From NCBI GenBank assembly GCA_043228905.1, contig JBHGNT010000011.1, forward strand, positions 1 to 64,000: a DNA stretch of 64,000 nucleotides, in the 5' to 3' direction. The notes under the pieces were generated by a model that saw only the letters and a list, made by a program, of their open reading frames with translations, was not told the DNA's origin and did not search any database. Made by a program: the position numbers and the translations under genes. Within the stretch, counting starts at the first letter, position 1. Each line of letters starts with the position of its first letter. The stretch is from Azolla caroliniana. Lineage: Eukaryota; Plantae; Polypodiophyta. Shown piece after piece: positions 37,898 to 48,853 of the stretch.

Positions 37898-39701
37898 TGT
37901 CAGGAATAGTACTAAAATAGAGAGAGAATTAGTACTTGAGAAGGGAAGTACTATTAGTACTAAGAGTATGGGACTGCGTAAGACTCCCGAGAGAGGAAGA
38001 GAGAAGAGGAGAGAGAGAGAGATAGCGAGGATGAGAGAGAGAGAGAGAGATGGTGATAACAAATAATATATTATGTGAAGAGTAAGTACAAAGGGCTATG
38101 AGGCTTAAGACTGGCACTGAACCAATTTGGTTCAAAACAATGCCTTGTGCCTCCTTTTATAGTGTTCTCAAGAGTAGTCCTAAAGCTTCTAGAATGTTCC
38201 AGAGAAATCTGGAATATACATTAATTTCCTATAATAAAACATAAATGAAAATAATATTCTACATATTACAATAGATGGTGAAATGGTTAAGAGCTCAACT
38301 CATATAATACACGGTCATGGGTTCGAGTCTTGCCATATCATGACACTATCCCCCCCCTTAAGACGACGAGTGGAACGAGTCGACGCTGCTTGAGGATTGG
38401 GTTTGTCTGGATGGCAACAACTTCATACTCCGGGCCGGCGTCTAACTGAAACGGGGGTGGCGGTGGTGTAACACGATCGGGAATAGTGTTTGCTTTATAA
38501 GGTTCAAGAAGAGAACTATGGAAGACCGGATGTATCTGAAGATGCGGAGGAAGATCAAGGCGGAACATGACATCATTAATCTTACCGGTAATATGGAAAA
38601 GACCGAGTCGTCGATAATCCAACTTGTCGCATGGTCGAGTAGTCTTGATGTGACGACGTAAGAGCTATACTCAATCTCTGATGGCAAAAGAGGAGGGAAG
38701 CCGATGACGATCCACATAAGTCTTCTATGTGTGTTGAGCATGACGAAGATGAGTAGAGAGATCCATCTGGATCTTGCGTAGTCTCTCCAAATGATCCTCG
38801 GCACGAGGATGGGTAGGTAGCTCCGGGGTGTCAATCACCAACCAACGAGGATGAGAACCGGTATAAGCGTAGAATGGGGAGACTCGAGTCGAGGAGTGAA
38901 CAACATTATTATACGCAAACTCTGCAAAGTGGAGAATCTCGGCCCAATCGTCCTGTTGATAACTCAAAAAACACCAGAGATATTGTTCCAGTGTTTGGTT
39001 TGTTCATTCCGCTTGCCCATCAGTCTGGGGATGGTAACCAAAGGAGAGGTTGCAAGAGACCTTGAGCATCTTGAAGAGATGCTGCCAAAATTTGGAGACG
39101 AATTGCGGCCCTTGGTCACTGATGATATTGTTTGGGAGGCCATGATGCCGAAATACCTCACGCATGACAAGGGCGGCGGTTTCCTTGCTAGTAATGGCCT
39201 TAGTACACGGCACAAAATGTGCCATCTTAGTATATCGATCGACGATGGTTAAGATAGCATTGAACCCCTTCGAGACCGGCAAATCTGTGATAAAATCAAG
39301 ACAAATAGACTGCCACGACTTACTTGGAATCGGTAAGGGTTCCAACAAGCCATAGGGATGGTGTTGTGGCATCTTTGCTCGACAACAAGCACCACAAGTC
39401 CGAACGTAGTCGTCGACAAAACGTCGCATATGGGGCCACCAAAAGGATCGTTGAACTAGATCCAACGTCTTAATGCCATAGGGGTGTCATGACAACTTTG
39501 GACGATTTGAAGGCGACAGGAGAAATCGGGGACATATACAAGCTTTTTAAAGAATAACAAACCATCCTGATATTCGAATTGTCGGTAGTCTATACCTGGT
39601 TTTTGAGACTGGGAACAAGATGCCTGAGAGGTATCAATGTGCGCTAGAATGTCTTGAGCAAAATTGTCCGTCTTCAAGTTTGCACGTATGGTATTGGTAA
39701 T

Positions 39702-39724
39702 CTAAACCCTAAACCCTAAACCCT
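39702..39724 (+). repeat. Interstitial telomeric insert CTAAACCCTAAACCCTAAACCCT inside the pol of element B
   Basis: Replaces the conserved RNase H C-terminal segment after FQNARV. Confidence 0.9.
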
Positions 39725-42700
39725 TTCGCACACGAGCATTTTGGAAATAAGAAAGATTCTTGTGATCACTGAAGATGATGACTTGATGTGGAGAGCCCTC
39801 CAAAAAATGCCACCATTGTACAAATGAATCCACGATGGCTAATAACTCCTTATCATGTATTTTGTAGATGATTTCCACGGCATCGAATTTGTGCGAATGG
39901 AAATCCATAGGATGTAACTCTTCTTTATCTCCTTGTTGAGAAAGGATGCTACTGAGGGCGAAATCCGATGCGTCAACCTCCATGATGAATGGTTTGCTTG
40001 TATCCACATGAGCTAGAATAAGTGCTGATGTAAAGGCTTTCTTAAGATGCCGAAAAGCCATTTCCGCTTCATTGGACCAAAGGAATGCTTGTCCCTTCTT
40101 CGTAAGTTGTGTCAAAGGTAAAATAATCTTTGAGTAATCTTGGATAGACTTGCGGTAGAAGTTAGCAAAACCTAGGAAACATTGTACATCTCGTAACGAA
40201 CAGGAAGTTTGCCACTCTAGCACAGTTTTGACTTTAGGTGGATCCATGGAGATGCCCTCTGAGGAAATGACGTAGCCTAGAAATTCCACTTGCTTGTAGT
40301 CAAAGCTACATTTTTCTAGCTTGGCATAAAGACCATTCTCATGGAGTGGTTTTAGTACTAATAGTACATGAGAATCATGCTCTTCCTGGGTCTTCGAATA
40401 AATCAATAGATCATCTAGATAGATGATCAAACAGATATCCAAGAGGTCTCTGAATATATCATTTGCCATGTGTTGGAAGACTACGGGTGCATTGGTTAGG
40501 CCAAACGGCATAACAGTATACTCGAAATGCCCATACCACGTGCGAAAGGCGGTCTTCCATTCATCTCTCGGTCGGATCTGCACGAGGTTATACGCTCCTC
40601 GTAGATCGATTTTGGAAAAAAACTTGGCACCATTAACTCGCTCTAAAAGACTTGATATAAGAGGAAGTGCATACCTATTCCGGATGGTGACCTTATTCGA
40701 GCCGTAGTAATCAACGACGAGATGAACTGAGCCATCTTTCTTCTTGACAAAGAAGATGGATGAGCTAATGATGGATAAACCCGCTTGCCAAGTTCTCCTC
40801 TATGTAGGCCCGAATGACTTCTAACTCAGTGGGTGACAAGTTGTAAATTGGTCCCCATGGTGGCTCTATTCCTGGTTGTAAATCGATGGGACAGTCATAG
40901 GGACGATGATGAGGAAGAGTACCGTCTTTTACCTTGTCAAATACATCGGCATAAGGATGATATTTTGCCGGAAGTTGCACCGAGGATTCCTTCTTAATAG
41001 TGCTGGAAGGATGTACTGATATTGCAAATAGGAACATTGCCTCCTTGTGTCCTTCCTCACGTAATTGATGGAGTAAAATGGTCGAAACTCGATGAGTAGA
41101 TTCTTGGGGTTGTCGATATCGGATTTCACTTGTTCTCCAATCTATGTCTGGATTATGTAATTCAAACCAAGATAATCCTATAACAATGGGATGATTTGGA
41201 CTACTAATTATATTAAATGATACTACACACACAAAACTACCTAGGACAACTTGAATGAGTTATGAATCTTTTACAATATTCCCGGAAGCAATGGGACGAC
41301 CATCAATGACTACTACAGATGCAGGACAAGGCAGTTTTCTTAAGGATATTTGAGAAGCTTGGGAAAAATTTCGATCCATGAAACAGGAATTAGCTCCGGA
41401 ATCTAAAAGTGCTAGGATGTGTACAGGGGGAGTACTTTTAGTACTAACCATGACTTGGGCTAGGAACACATTGCTAACTTGCTTGGACGGAATGGAACCA
41501 CTAATGGGTTGTACAGATCTAGGGTTGTCCAACCAAACGGCTCCTATTTTGGTTGGGCTCAATCATTTAACTCTTCATCTAATTGAGTAAGGATTTCAAA
41601 TTTGTTTGAGATACTTGGGCTATTAGTACTTGTTAAGGATCTATGTATCGATGGAGTAAGCTCCTCGATGTCGTGGCGGGATTCGGACCGGCGTATACCC
41701 TCTTGATGGCGAATCGGGCGGAGATAGTTGTCGGATACCTCCGAGCCTCACACTCACTCAATGATTAGTAAATGATTAAGCATGATATCTCTCTCACTCT
41801 CTCAAGCTCTCTTTCATAGACAATAGATAAATAGATATAGACAATAAGAAGCAAGAGTATGTCTATTATTAACCCTCTTTGTTAAGAGGTCTAGCACCAA
41901 CAAGGAGAGAGATTAGTGATCTCTAACTCAACACATCACTAATCTCTCTTGTCATTCCCTCTTCGTAGGTGCTTTAACCATATTGTGTCCTTGTTGATGC
42001 ACTCTTGTTCACAACTAGTCGTGGTGTTATCCAAGGGCTTAACATCCCCCCCAACCTAATGAGTGCACACTCCTGGGTGCACTGTGGGAGGGGAGCTTCG
42101 GGTGGTAGTTCTATGGGGCATTCGGACTCTTAGTTGCCAAGTCCGGTCGGAGCCTTTGGCCTTAACCTAGGCGGGGTATTTGGTCGATGTGCGCAGTTGT
42201 CGGGTGTCCCATGCAGTCGTGGTATAGTCGTGGGTGGGAAGCCGGCTTGGTTTCGGGACCCAGAAGCTAGTGGCACCTTTGTGCCAACCTTGGGCGTTTG
42301 TGAGTGCTTTTTTGACTCGCCAAATAGCACGTTCTCCGCGGCGTGGTCCTTCGGTGAAAGTTGCATTCACCCATTTGCGTGGCGGAGATGACTTTGTTCC
42401 GATGTTAGTGTTTCTCTGGCTGTGGGTGGCCGCCGGTTGTGCGTGTTCTTTTTGGTTGGGTGGGTTCGCGCTCTCAAGTTTGTCGACATCGGTGGTGCGT
42501 GATTCGAGAGTTGTTGTAACAAGTTTCTCGGACCTCACACCATTTGTAGTTTGGAAGGAGACGATGTTCTTGCTTGGCAATAGGAGACATTTGCTTATGT
42601 GACACCAATCCAAACCGAGGAGGCACGGGGTGTACAACACTTTTGGTGGGAGGACCCAAACACGAATTGAGTGGTCACTATATTTTTCCTTGATGTTACA

Positions 42701-44234
42701 CACGAAGGTTCCAAGGCAGGGCAATGTACAACAATCGCAGCCAAGGAATTTGTCGTTGCATACTTCGAGGTTTGGGGAACCTAGATGTTCCCACGTTTCG
42801 AAGGAGAAAAGGGTTAGTGATGCTCGAGTGTTGATCACCGCTGTTAGAGGTACATTGTCGGCAAAGCATGGTAGGTGTGTCGTCACGTCAATAGAGGTGC
42901 GTTGTGGTCTCTTACAAGCCATCGCCCTACTCCCTTGTTCATAGAGTTTGAATTGTTCTGGGAAGTCCACCTCTCTCGAGGTCTGCCGAGTGGTCACATC
43001 CTCTTCTTGGCGCGTGATTCGTTGCACTAGGCCTACGTCTCTTACGTCTGCCTGTTTTCGTCAGGTTACGAGAGTGGTGACCTTAAAACACGAGATCATG
43101 TCTCCATCCTCATCGCAACACTTTGTACCAATAGGGTACATTGCATCGGTCGTGGCGAGGGCGTCCACCCAATTCATCTCTGACACATCGGAGGCTACAG
43201 ATTGGTCCTCTCTTTCTCTTGCGTTCTCCGCCTTAGGATTAGTGGATTATTTAGGAAATGGCTGACCGCTAGCAAAGATTTGGACTGTCTTTGTAGGGTT
43301 ACACGCTAGGAGGTTAGTCTCGAACTCGGTGGTTTTTGAGCAGTCGTCCACGAGAGGGCTGCCTTCTTGTTCGTGCACCTTTTGTGTGTATGCTTTGATG
43401 CGGAAGGTTTTGTTGTTTTTGCGCATGTAGATTGTATCATTCCCAAAATCCATGACGAGGCGGCTTACACATAGGAATGGTCTCCCTAGTAAACACCCGT
43501 AAGCCACATGATTGGATGATCTTGTGATGACGAAGGTGAGATTGAACTCGACCCCGTGGATAGTGAAGTGGTGGCAAGGATCATGCCTTCTGGCCGTTGG
43601 ATAGACCCATCTGCCATTCAAAGTGTGACGTCCGAAGGAAACATTTTTGGGCTCCCCCACTTACACCAACCTTTGTAGTTGACTATGCTTACCCCCGCTC
43701 TAGTGTCGATGATCGCATCACACGTCATGCCGTTGACGCAAACGGGGAGAGTGAAACTAGTGTCGTCGCTCTCGAAGTGAGCTTCACATATATCGACCGG
43801 CGTTCCTTTGGGTTGTTTGGAGACTGTGGTCGTATGAGGGATGAGTGTGTGTATCTTTTCTCCATAACCTGCTAACAAGTGTCAAGATTCGAACTCTTGA
43901 CACGACCATGTTATAATCTACTATTATGAGTTAACCAAGATATCTAGTACTAGTTATGTATGTAATTGTTCCTTATTATTTTGCTAGCATCATGTGCATA
44001 GTTGCTCCCTTGTAGTATTTACACTTGGCACATGCATGCATACCTACATGCTCTATTGTAGATTCACATGCGTGCAACAAGTATGCATGCCATGTAGTAT
44101 AAATAGAGGAGTTCACCTTGAAGGAATTCAAGGTGAACAACACCAGTTATGGAGTCTTTCCTTTAGTACTATATTCTTTCTTGTCCATTTGGTTATCTTC
44201 TTGGTTGTCTCTTGAGTTTATGATCCGTGACAGT

Positions 44235-44245
44235 TTGTTCACCTT
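44235..44245 (+). promoter_or_regulatory. Self-priming PBS TTGTTCACCTT, complementary to LTR 44130-44140
   Basis: Exact 11-nt complement of AAGGTGAACAA, which lies 32 nt after TATAAAT (44098). There is no TGG-type tRNA PBS. Confidence 0.8.
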
Positions 44246-44282
44246 CCCATCCTCATAGCTCTCCCTCTCATAAGCCATAGCT

Positions 44283-45299
44283 ATGTCCGACTCAACTAGT
44301 GAGTTAGGCCAAATAATGGTAGCCTTACGACAACTACAACTTGAAAATGAAGCCCTTCGAAATTCTTTACAAGAACTTCAAGTCGGTACCTCCTTATCCT
44401 CACAACCCCCGAACCCTAGTCTCCCACAACAACCTAGCCTAGAGCCCGATCTTCTACCAACATCTAGCCTAGCTTCGTCACAGTTTCTTGAGCCTAAGGT
44501 TAGCCTCCCAGAAAAATTTGATGGAACGAGGTCGCGTTTCCGAGGGTTCATCAACCAAGTTCGACTTATCATTCGGCTACAACCTCAACGTTATGGAGAT
44601 GGTCTTCGACAAGTCGGTCTTGTGGGCACCCTTCTCTCCGGTCCGGCCCAAGCTTGGTTTGCACCATTGGTAGAAACCTCATCACCTTTATTGGAGGACT
44701 TTCCCGCCTTCCTCGCCGAGTTAGAGGCCACATTTGGAGAGACGGACCGACGACGTACAGCTCTTAACAAGATTTATGCACTCGAACAAGGTTCACGTGC
44801 AGCTTCGATCTATGCTTCCGAATTTCGACAACTAGCATGCGACGTCAATTGGGATGATCAAGCTTTAGTTGATCACTTTCGGCGCGGTCTTCGAAGCAAT
44901 GTCAAGAATCTTCTCTTAAACTTTCCGGAGCCCACCTCGTTATCCCAAGCGATTTCACAAGCAGTCCATTGTGACAATCGTCTTTTCGAATTTCGCCAAG
45001 AAGAGCGCCGGACTTGGGTTCCACCTCATTCACTTCCACGCCACGCCCCGGTCATACAACCCCAAGCATCCTCACACTCGCCTACTTCGGCAGATGCTCC
45101 TGTCCCCATGGAAATTGATCAAGCCCGATTTCGGCCATTGACTGATGCTGAACGACAATTTCGGCGGGCTAATGGCTTGTGCATGTATTGTGGCGCCTCC
45201 GGTCATGTCGTTCGCCATTGTCCTAGGAGTACTCGCCCACAATTCCATCGAGCTACCGGACCCCAACATCCGGAAAACGACATCGTTCGGTTGCAGTAG
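44283..45299 (+). CDS. gag: Gag (capsid-like domain plus CCHC zinc knuckle)
   Basis: 338-aa ORF with LPEKFDGTR and PVPMEID...CMYCGASGHVVRHC. Confidence 0.93.
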   Translation: MSDSTSELGQIMVALRQLQLENEALRNSLQELQVGTSLSSQPPNPSLPQQPSLEPDLLPTSSLASSQFLEPKVSLPEKFDGTRSRFRGFINQVRLIIRLQPQRYGDGLRQVGLVGTLLSGPAQAWFAPLVETSSPLLEDFPAFLAELEATFGETDRRRTALNKIYALEQGSRAASIYASEFRQLACDVNWDDQALVDHFRRGLRSNVKNLLLNFPEPTSLSQAISQAVHCDNRLFEFRQEERRTWVPPHSLPRHAPVIQPQASSHSPTSADAPVPMEIDQARFRPLTDAERQFRRANGLCMYCGASGHVVRHCPRSTRPQFHRATGPQHPENDIVRLQ

Positions 45300-45325
45300 G
45301 AGCCATGCAACTGGACATCTCCCGT
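45272..45325 (+). promoter_or_regulatory. Predicted -1 ribosomal frameshift signal
   Basis: G GAA AAC slippery heptamer at 45272-45278, a 6-nt spacer, and an 11-bp stem GTTCGGTTGCA/TGCAACTGGAC. Loop GGAG can pair with downstream CTCC. Confidence 0.75.
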
Positions 45326-48300
45326 CGCCCACATTCTCTTGGTTCCATTGCCGGACCATCAGGCAATTTCACATTGGAGGTATGGCTTTCGTTTAACTCT
45401 AGTTCCATTCAGTCTGTTGCTTTACTTGATTCTGGGGCATCTTCTTGCTTCATCGACGTCGCGTTTGCCCAAGCACATGGCGTACCTGTCGTTGGCCTCT
45501 CAAAACCCATTCCAGTTGAAGCCATCGACGGGTGCATCCTCTCGTCAGGTGCAATTACTCAAGCTACAATCCCATTAGGGCTTCGGGTGGGCTCACACCA
45601 AGAGGAGCTCACCTTTTACCTCATCGCATCTCCTCGACATCCGATCGTCTTAGGACTAACGTGGTTGGAGGCGCACAATCCAATAGTAGATTGGTGCAAC
45701 CGCTCGATCACATTTAGCAAGCCAAGATGCTCGTGCAAAAGTATGAAGGTAAATTCAGTTTCCTATCCTTTGGAGACGGTCGACTCCGAATTGACTACCC
45801 CATCATCCGTCCAGGATGGGTTTGTTTGTGGTGCCATTTCTAACACACTCCATGTTATTCCCGAAAAATACCAACACTTCTCCGACGTATTTGAAAAATG
45901 TAATGCTGATCGGTTGCCTGAACACCGGCTCTACGACTGTCCGATTGATCTTCAAGAAGGTGCGTGTCCACCCTTTGGTCCTCTATATGCGTTGTCTGCA
46001 CCAGAGTTGAAGGCCCTTCGTGTGTATCTTGATGAGAACCTCGCGAAAGGCTTTATTCAACCTTCTAAGTCACCAGCTGGGGCCCCCATTTTATTTGTGA
46101 AGAAGAAGGACGGCTCTCTACGCTTATGCGTCGACTACCGAGGTCTCAACAAACTCACTGTGCGCAACCGCTATCCGCTACCTCTGATCCCCGAACTCCT
46201 TGATCGGCTCCGAGTTGCGCGTGTCTTCTCCAAAGTTGATCTGCGTGGCGCGTACAATCTAGTACGCATCAAGCCGGGGGATGAATGGAAAACCGCATTT
46301 CGAACACGGTATGGGCATTTCGAATACAAGGTAATGCCTTTTGGTCTTACTAACGCTCCCGCAGTTTTTCAACATATGATGAACGATATTTTCCGGGAAT
46401 ATCTTGATCTTTTTGTTGTCATTTACCTCGATGATATTCTCATTTTCTCGCCAAACATGGAGGAGCACACTCGCCAAGTCCGATTAGTTCTGGCCAAACT
46501 TCGCGAGCATGGCCTTTATGCCAAAGGCGAGAAATGCGAGTTCGACCGTACCTCGATCGAATTTCTGGGCTACATCATCTCGCCCACTGGCATCACCATG
46601 GATATGAAGAAGGTCTCTGTCATTCAGGCGTGGGCAACTCCAAGGCGACTTAAAGATGTGCAATCCTTCCTCGGCTTCGCAAATTTTTACCGTCGCTTCA
46701 TCAAGGGGTTTTCCACCCTAGCACAACCTCTTATCGCTCTCACCCATAAGGGCACTCCATTTTTATGGACCTCGGAGGCACAAAATGCGTTCGACTCACT
46801 CAAACACGCATTCATCACTGCCCCGGTGCTGCTACATGCCGACCCCACAAAACCCTTCCAAGTCGAAACCGATGCCTCTGACTTTGCCATTGGCGCCATC
46901 TTATCCCAAGCAGATGACAACAACCTAATGCACCCAGTGGCTTACTATTCCCGAAAATTTACGGCATCCGAAATCAATTATCCCATTTACGACAAGGAGC
47001 TTGCTGCTATCATTGCTGCCTTTGAAGAATGGCGACCCTACTTGGCCGGCGCACAACATCGTGTCCAGGTAGTGATTGATCATAAAAATTTAGTTTATTT
47101 TTCCACCACTCGTACTTTGAATCGAAGGCAGGCCCGTTGGTCTACATTTCTCGCTGACTACGATTTTGAGATTGTATTTCGACCTGGTGGCCAACATGGG
47201 AAGGCTGATGCCCTTTCTCGCCGAGCTGACCTTGCACTCCGCCCTGGGGATGCTGCTTATGCTCAACAATCTAGACGTTTGTTGAAACCCGACCAATTGC
47301 ATATGTTTGCCACTTGTATGTTGCAGGATGATTCTTTACTCCAACAAATCACTGATGCATCCAAGACCGATGCGTTCGCCAACGAGATTCGAGATAGTCT
47401 GCAAAACCCCTCCAAGGCGACCAAAAGGAAGGATCTTGACACCTTCACCATACAAGAGGGTTTGTTGTTCCGAGATCATCTCTTATACGTCCCAGAGGGC
47501 CCATGTCGCACCCGGGTGTTGCGGGAATGCCACGATGACCCACTTGCAGGTCATTTCAGGGTCGCGAAAACCCTCGAGCTAATCTCTCGGGGGTATTGGT
47601 GGCCACAACCATGGAAGCTGGTCAAAGAATACATAAAGAGTTGTGAGGTTTGTGCTCGCTCCAAAGCCATTCATCATCGGCCATACGGCTTACTACAGCC
47701 GCTTCCATGTCCTCGTCGTCCTTGGGCCTCTATTTCTATGGACCTGATAACTGATCTACCCTTGGTCAATAGTTATGACTCGGTGTTGGTCGTTGTCGAT
47801 CGGTTTACGAAGATGGCTCACTTCACTCCATGCTCCAAAACCATTTCCGGAGAAGGAATGGTGCATCTCCTACTCAACAATGTAGTACGCTTGCATGGAC
47901 TCCCCGATGATGTCATCTCGGATCGCGGACCCCAGTTTGTCTCTCACTTCTGGCAGCGCCTGCTACAAACTTTAGGCATCTCTGTCAAGTTGTCCTCCGC
48001 TTATCACCCCCAAACTGACGGGCAAACGGAGCGTGTCAACCAAATCCTTGAGCAGTATCTTCGGTGCTCGGTTAGTTACCAACAAGATGATTGGGTCAAC
48101 TTACTTTCGCTCGCGGAATTCGCCTATAATAATTCTCTCCATGCATCGACTGGCGTCACTCCCTTCTTTGCCAACTATGGTTTACATCCTCGCTTCAACA
48201 TTTCCCTTCCTACCACTTCCGTGAACCCTTCGGCGGAGGATCGTGCCCGCATTTTGGAAGAAGTACATCATGATTTATCCTTGGAGCTTAGTCTTGCTAA

Positions 48301-48853
48301 TGAACGATACAAGAAGCAGGCTGATCGCCATCGATCTTCCACTCCACACTTTGTCGTTGGAGACATGGTCTGGTTGTTACGTCGACACATCTCTACTACT
48401 CGTCCATGTGCGAAACTTGATTACAAGAAGTTGGGACCATTCCGTATCATCGAGTGCATCAATCCCGTCGCCTTCCGGCTCGCCCTTCCATCCCACTTCC
48501 GGATTCACGATGTTTTTCATGTCTCCCTCCTCGAACCCCATTATGCTTCACAACTCCCAGGACATCAAGCCCCACCACCACCACCTGTGCAATTGACGAC
48601 AGGGGAGGAATACGAGGTCGACCAAATCCTTGACTCGCGTTGGCACCGTCGACACTTGCAATACCTCGTCCTATGGAGGGGTTACCCCATGTCTGAGGCC
48701 ACATGGGAACCATCGGCAAATTTACAAAATGCCCCAGAGGTCGTCCAAGATTTTCATCACCGATATCCCCACAAACCAGCGGCCGATTTGGGAAGGCGGC
48801 GTAAGAGGGGGGATAATGTCAAGATTCGAACTCTTGACACGACCATGTTATAA
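45272..48853 (+). CDS. pol: Pol (PR-RT-RNase H-INT-chromodomain), in the -1 frame relative to gag
   Basis: LLDSGAS, YLDD, ETDASD, HHCC, SDRGPQF, QTERVNQ, GPF and chromodomain YEVDQILDSR...YLVLWRGY...TWEP. The frame is open from 45272; the first ATG is at 45305. Confidence 0.95.
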   Translation, partial: GKRHRSVAVGAMQLDISRRPHSLGSIAGPSGNFTLEVWLSFNSSSIQSVALLDSGASSCFIDVAFAQAHGVPVVGLSKPIPVEAIDGCILSSGAITQATIPLGLRVGSHQEELTFYLIASPRHPIVLGLTWLEAHNPIVDWCNRSITFSKPRCSCKSMKVNSVSYPLETVDSELTTPSSVQDGFVCGAISNTLHVIPEKYQHFSDVFEKCNADRLPEHRLYDCPIDLQEGACPPFGPLYALSAPELKALRVYLDENLAKGFIQPSKSPAGAPILFVKKKDGSLRLCVDYRGLNKLTVRNRYPLPLIPELLDRLRVARVFSKVDLRGAYNLVRIKPGDEWKTAFRTRYGHFEYKVMPFGLTNAPAVFQHMMNDIFREYLDLFVVIYLDDILIFSPNMEEHTRQVRLVLAKLREHGLYAKGEKCEFDRTSIEFLGYIISPTGITMDMKKVSVIQAWATPRRLKDVQSFLGFANFYRRFIKGFSTLAQPLIALTHKGTPFLWTSEAQNAFDSLKHAFITAPVLLHADPTKPFQVETDASDFAIGAILSQADDNNLMHPVAYYSRKFTASEINYPIYDKELAAIIAAFEEWRPYLAGAQHRVQVVIDHKNLVYFSTTRTLNRRQARWSTFLADYDFEIVFRPGGQHGKADALSRRADLALRPGDAAYAQQSRRLLKPDQLHMFATCMLQDDSLLQQITDASKTDAFANEIRDSLQNPSKATKRKDLDTFTIQEGLLFRDHLLYVPEGPCRTRVLRECHDDPLAGHFRVAKTLELISRGYWWPQPWKLVKEYIKSCEVCARSKAIHHRPYGLLQPLPCPRRPWASISMDLITDLPLVNSYDSVLVVVDRFTKMAHFTPCSKTISGEGMVHLLLNNVVRLHGLPDDVISDRGPQFVSHFWQRLLQTLGISVKLSSAYHPQTDGQTERVNQILEQYLRCSVSYQQDDWVNLLSLAEFAYNNSLHASTGVTPFFANYGLHPRFNISLPTTSVNPSAEDRARILEEVHHDLSLELSLANERYKKQADRHRSSTPHFVVGDMVWLLRRHISTTRPCAKLDYKKLGPFRIIECINPVAFRLALPSHFRIHDVFHVSLLEPHYASQLPGHQAPPPPPVQLTTGEEYEVDQILDSRWHRRHLQYLVLWRGYPMSEATWEPSANLQNAPEVVQDFHHRYPHKPAADLGRRRKRGDNVKIRTLDTTML

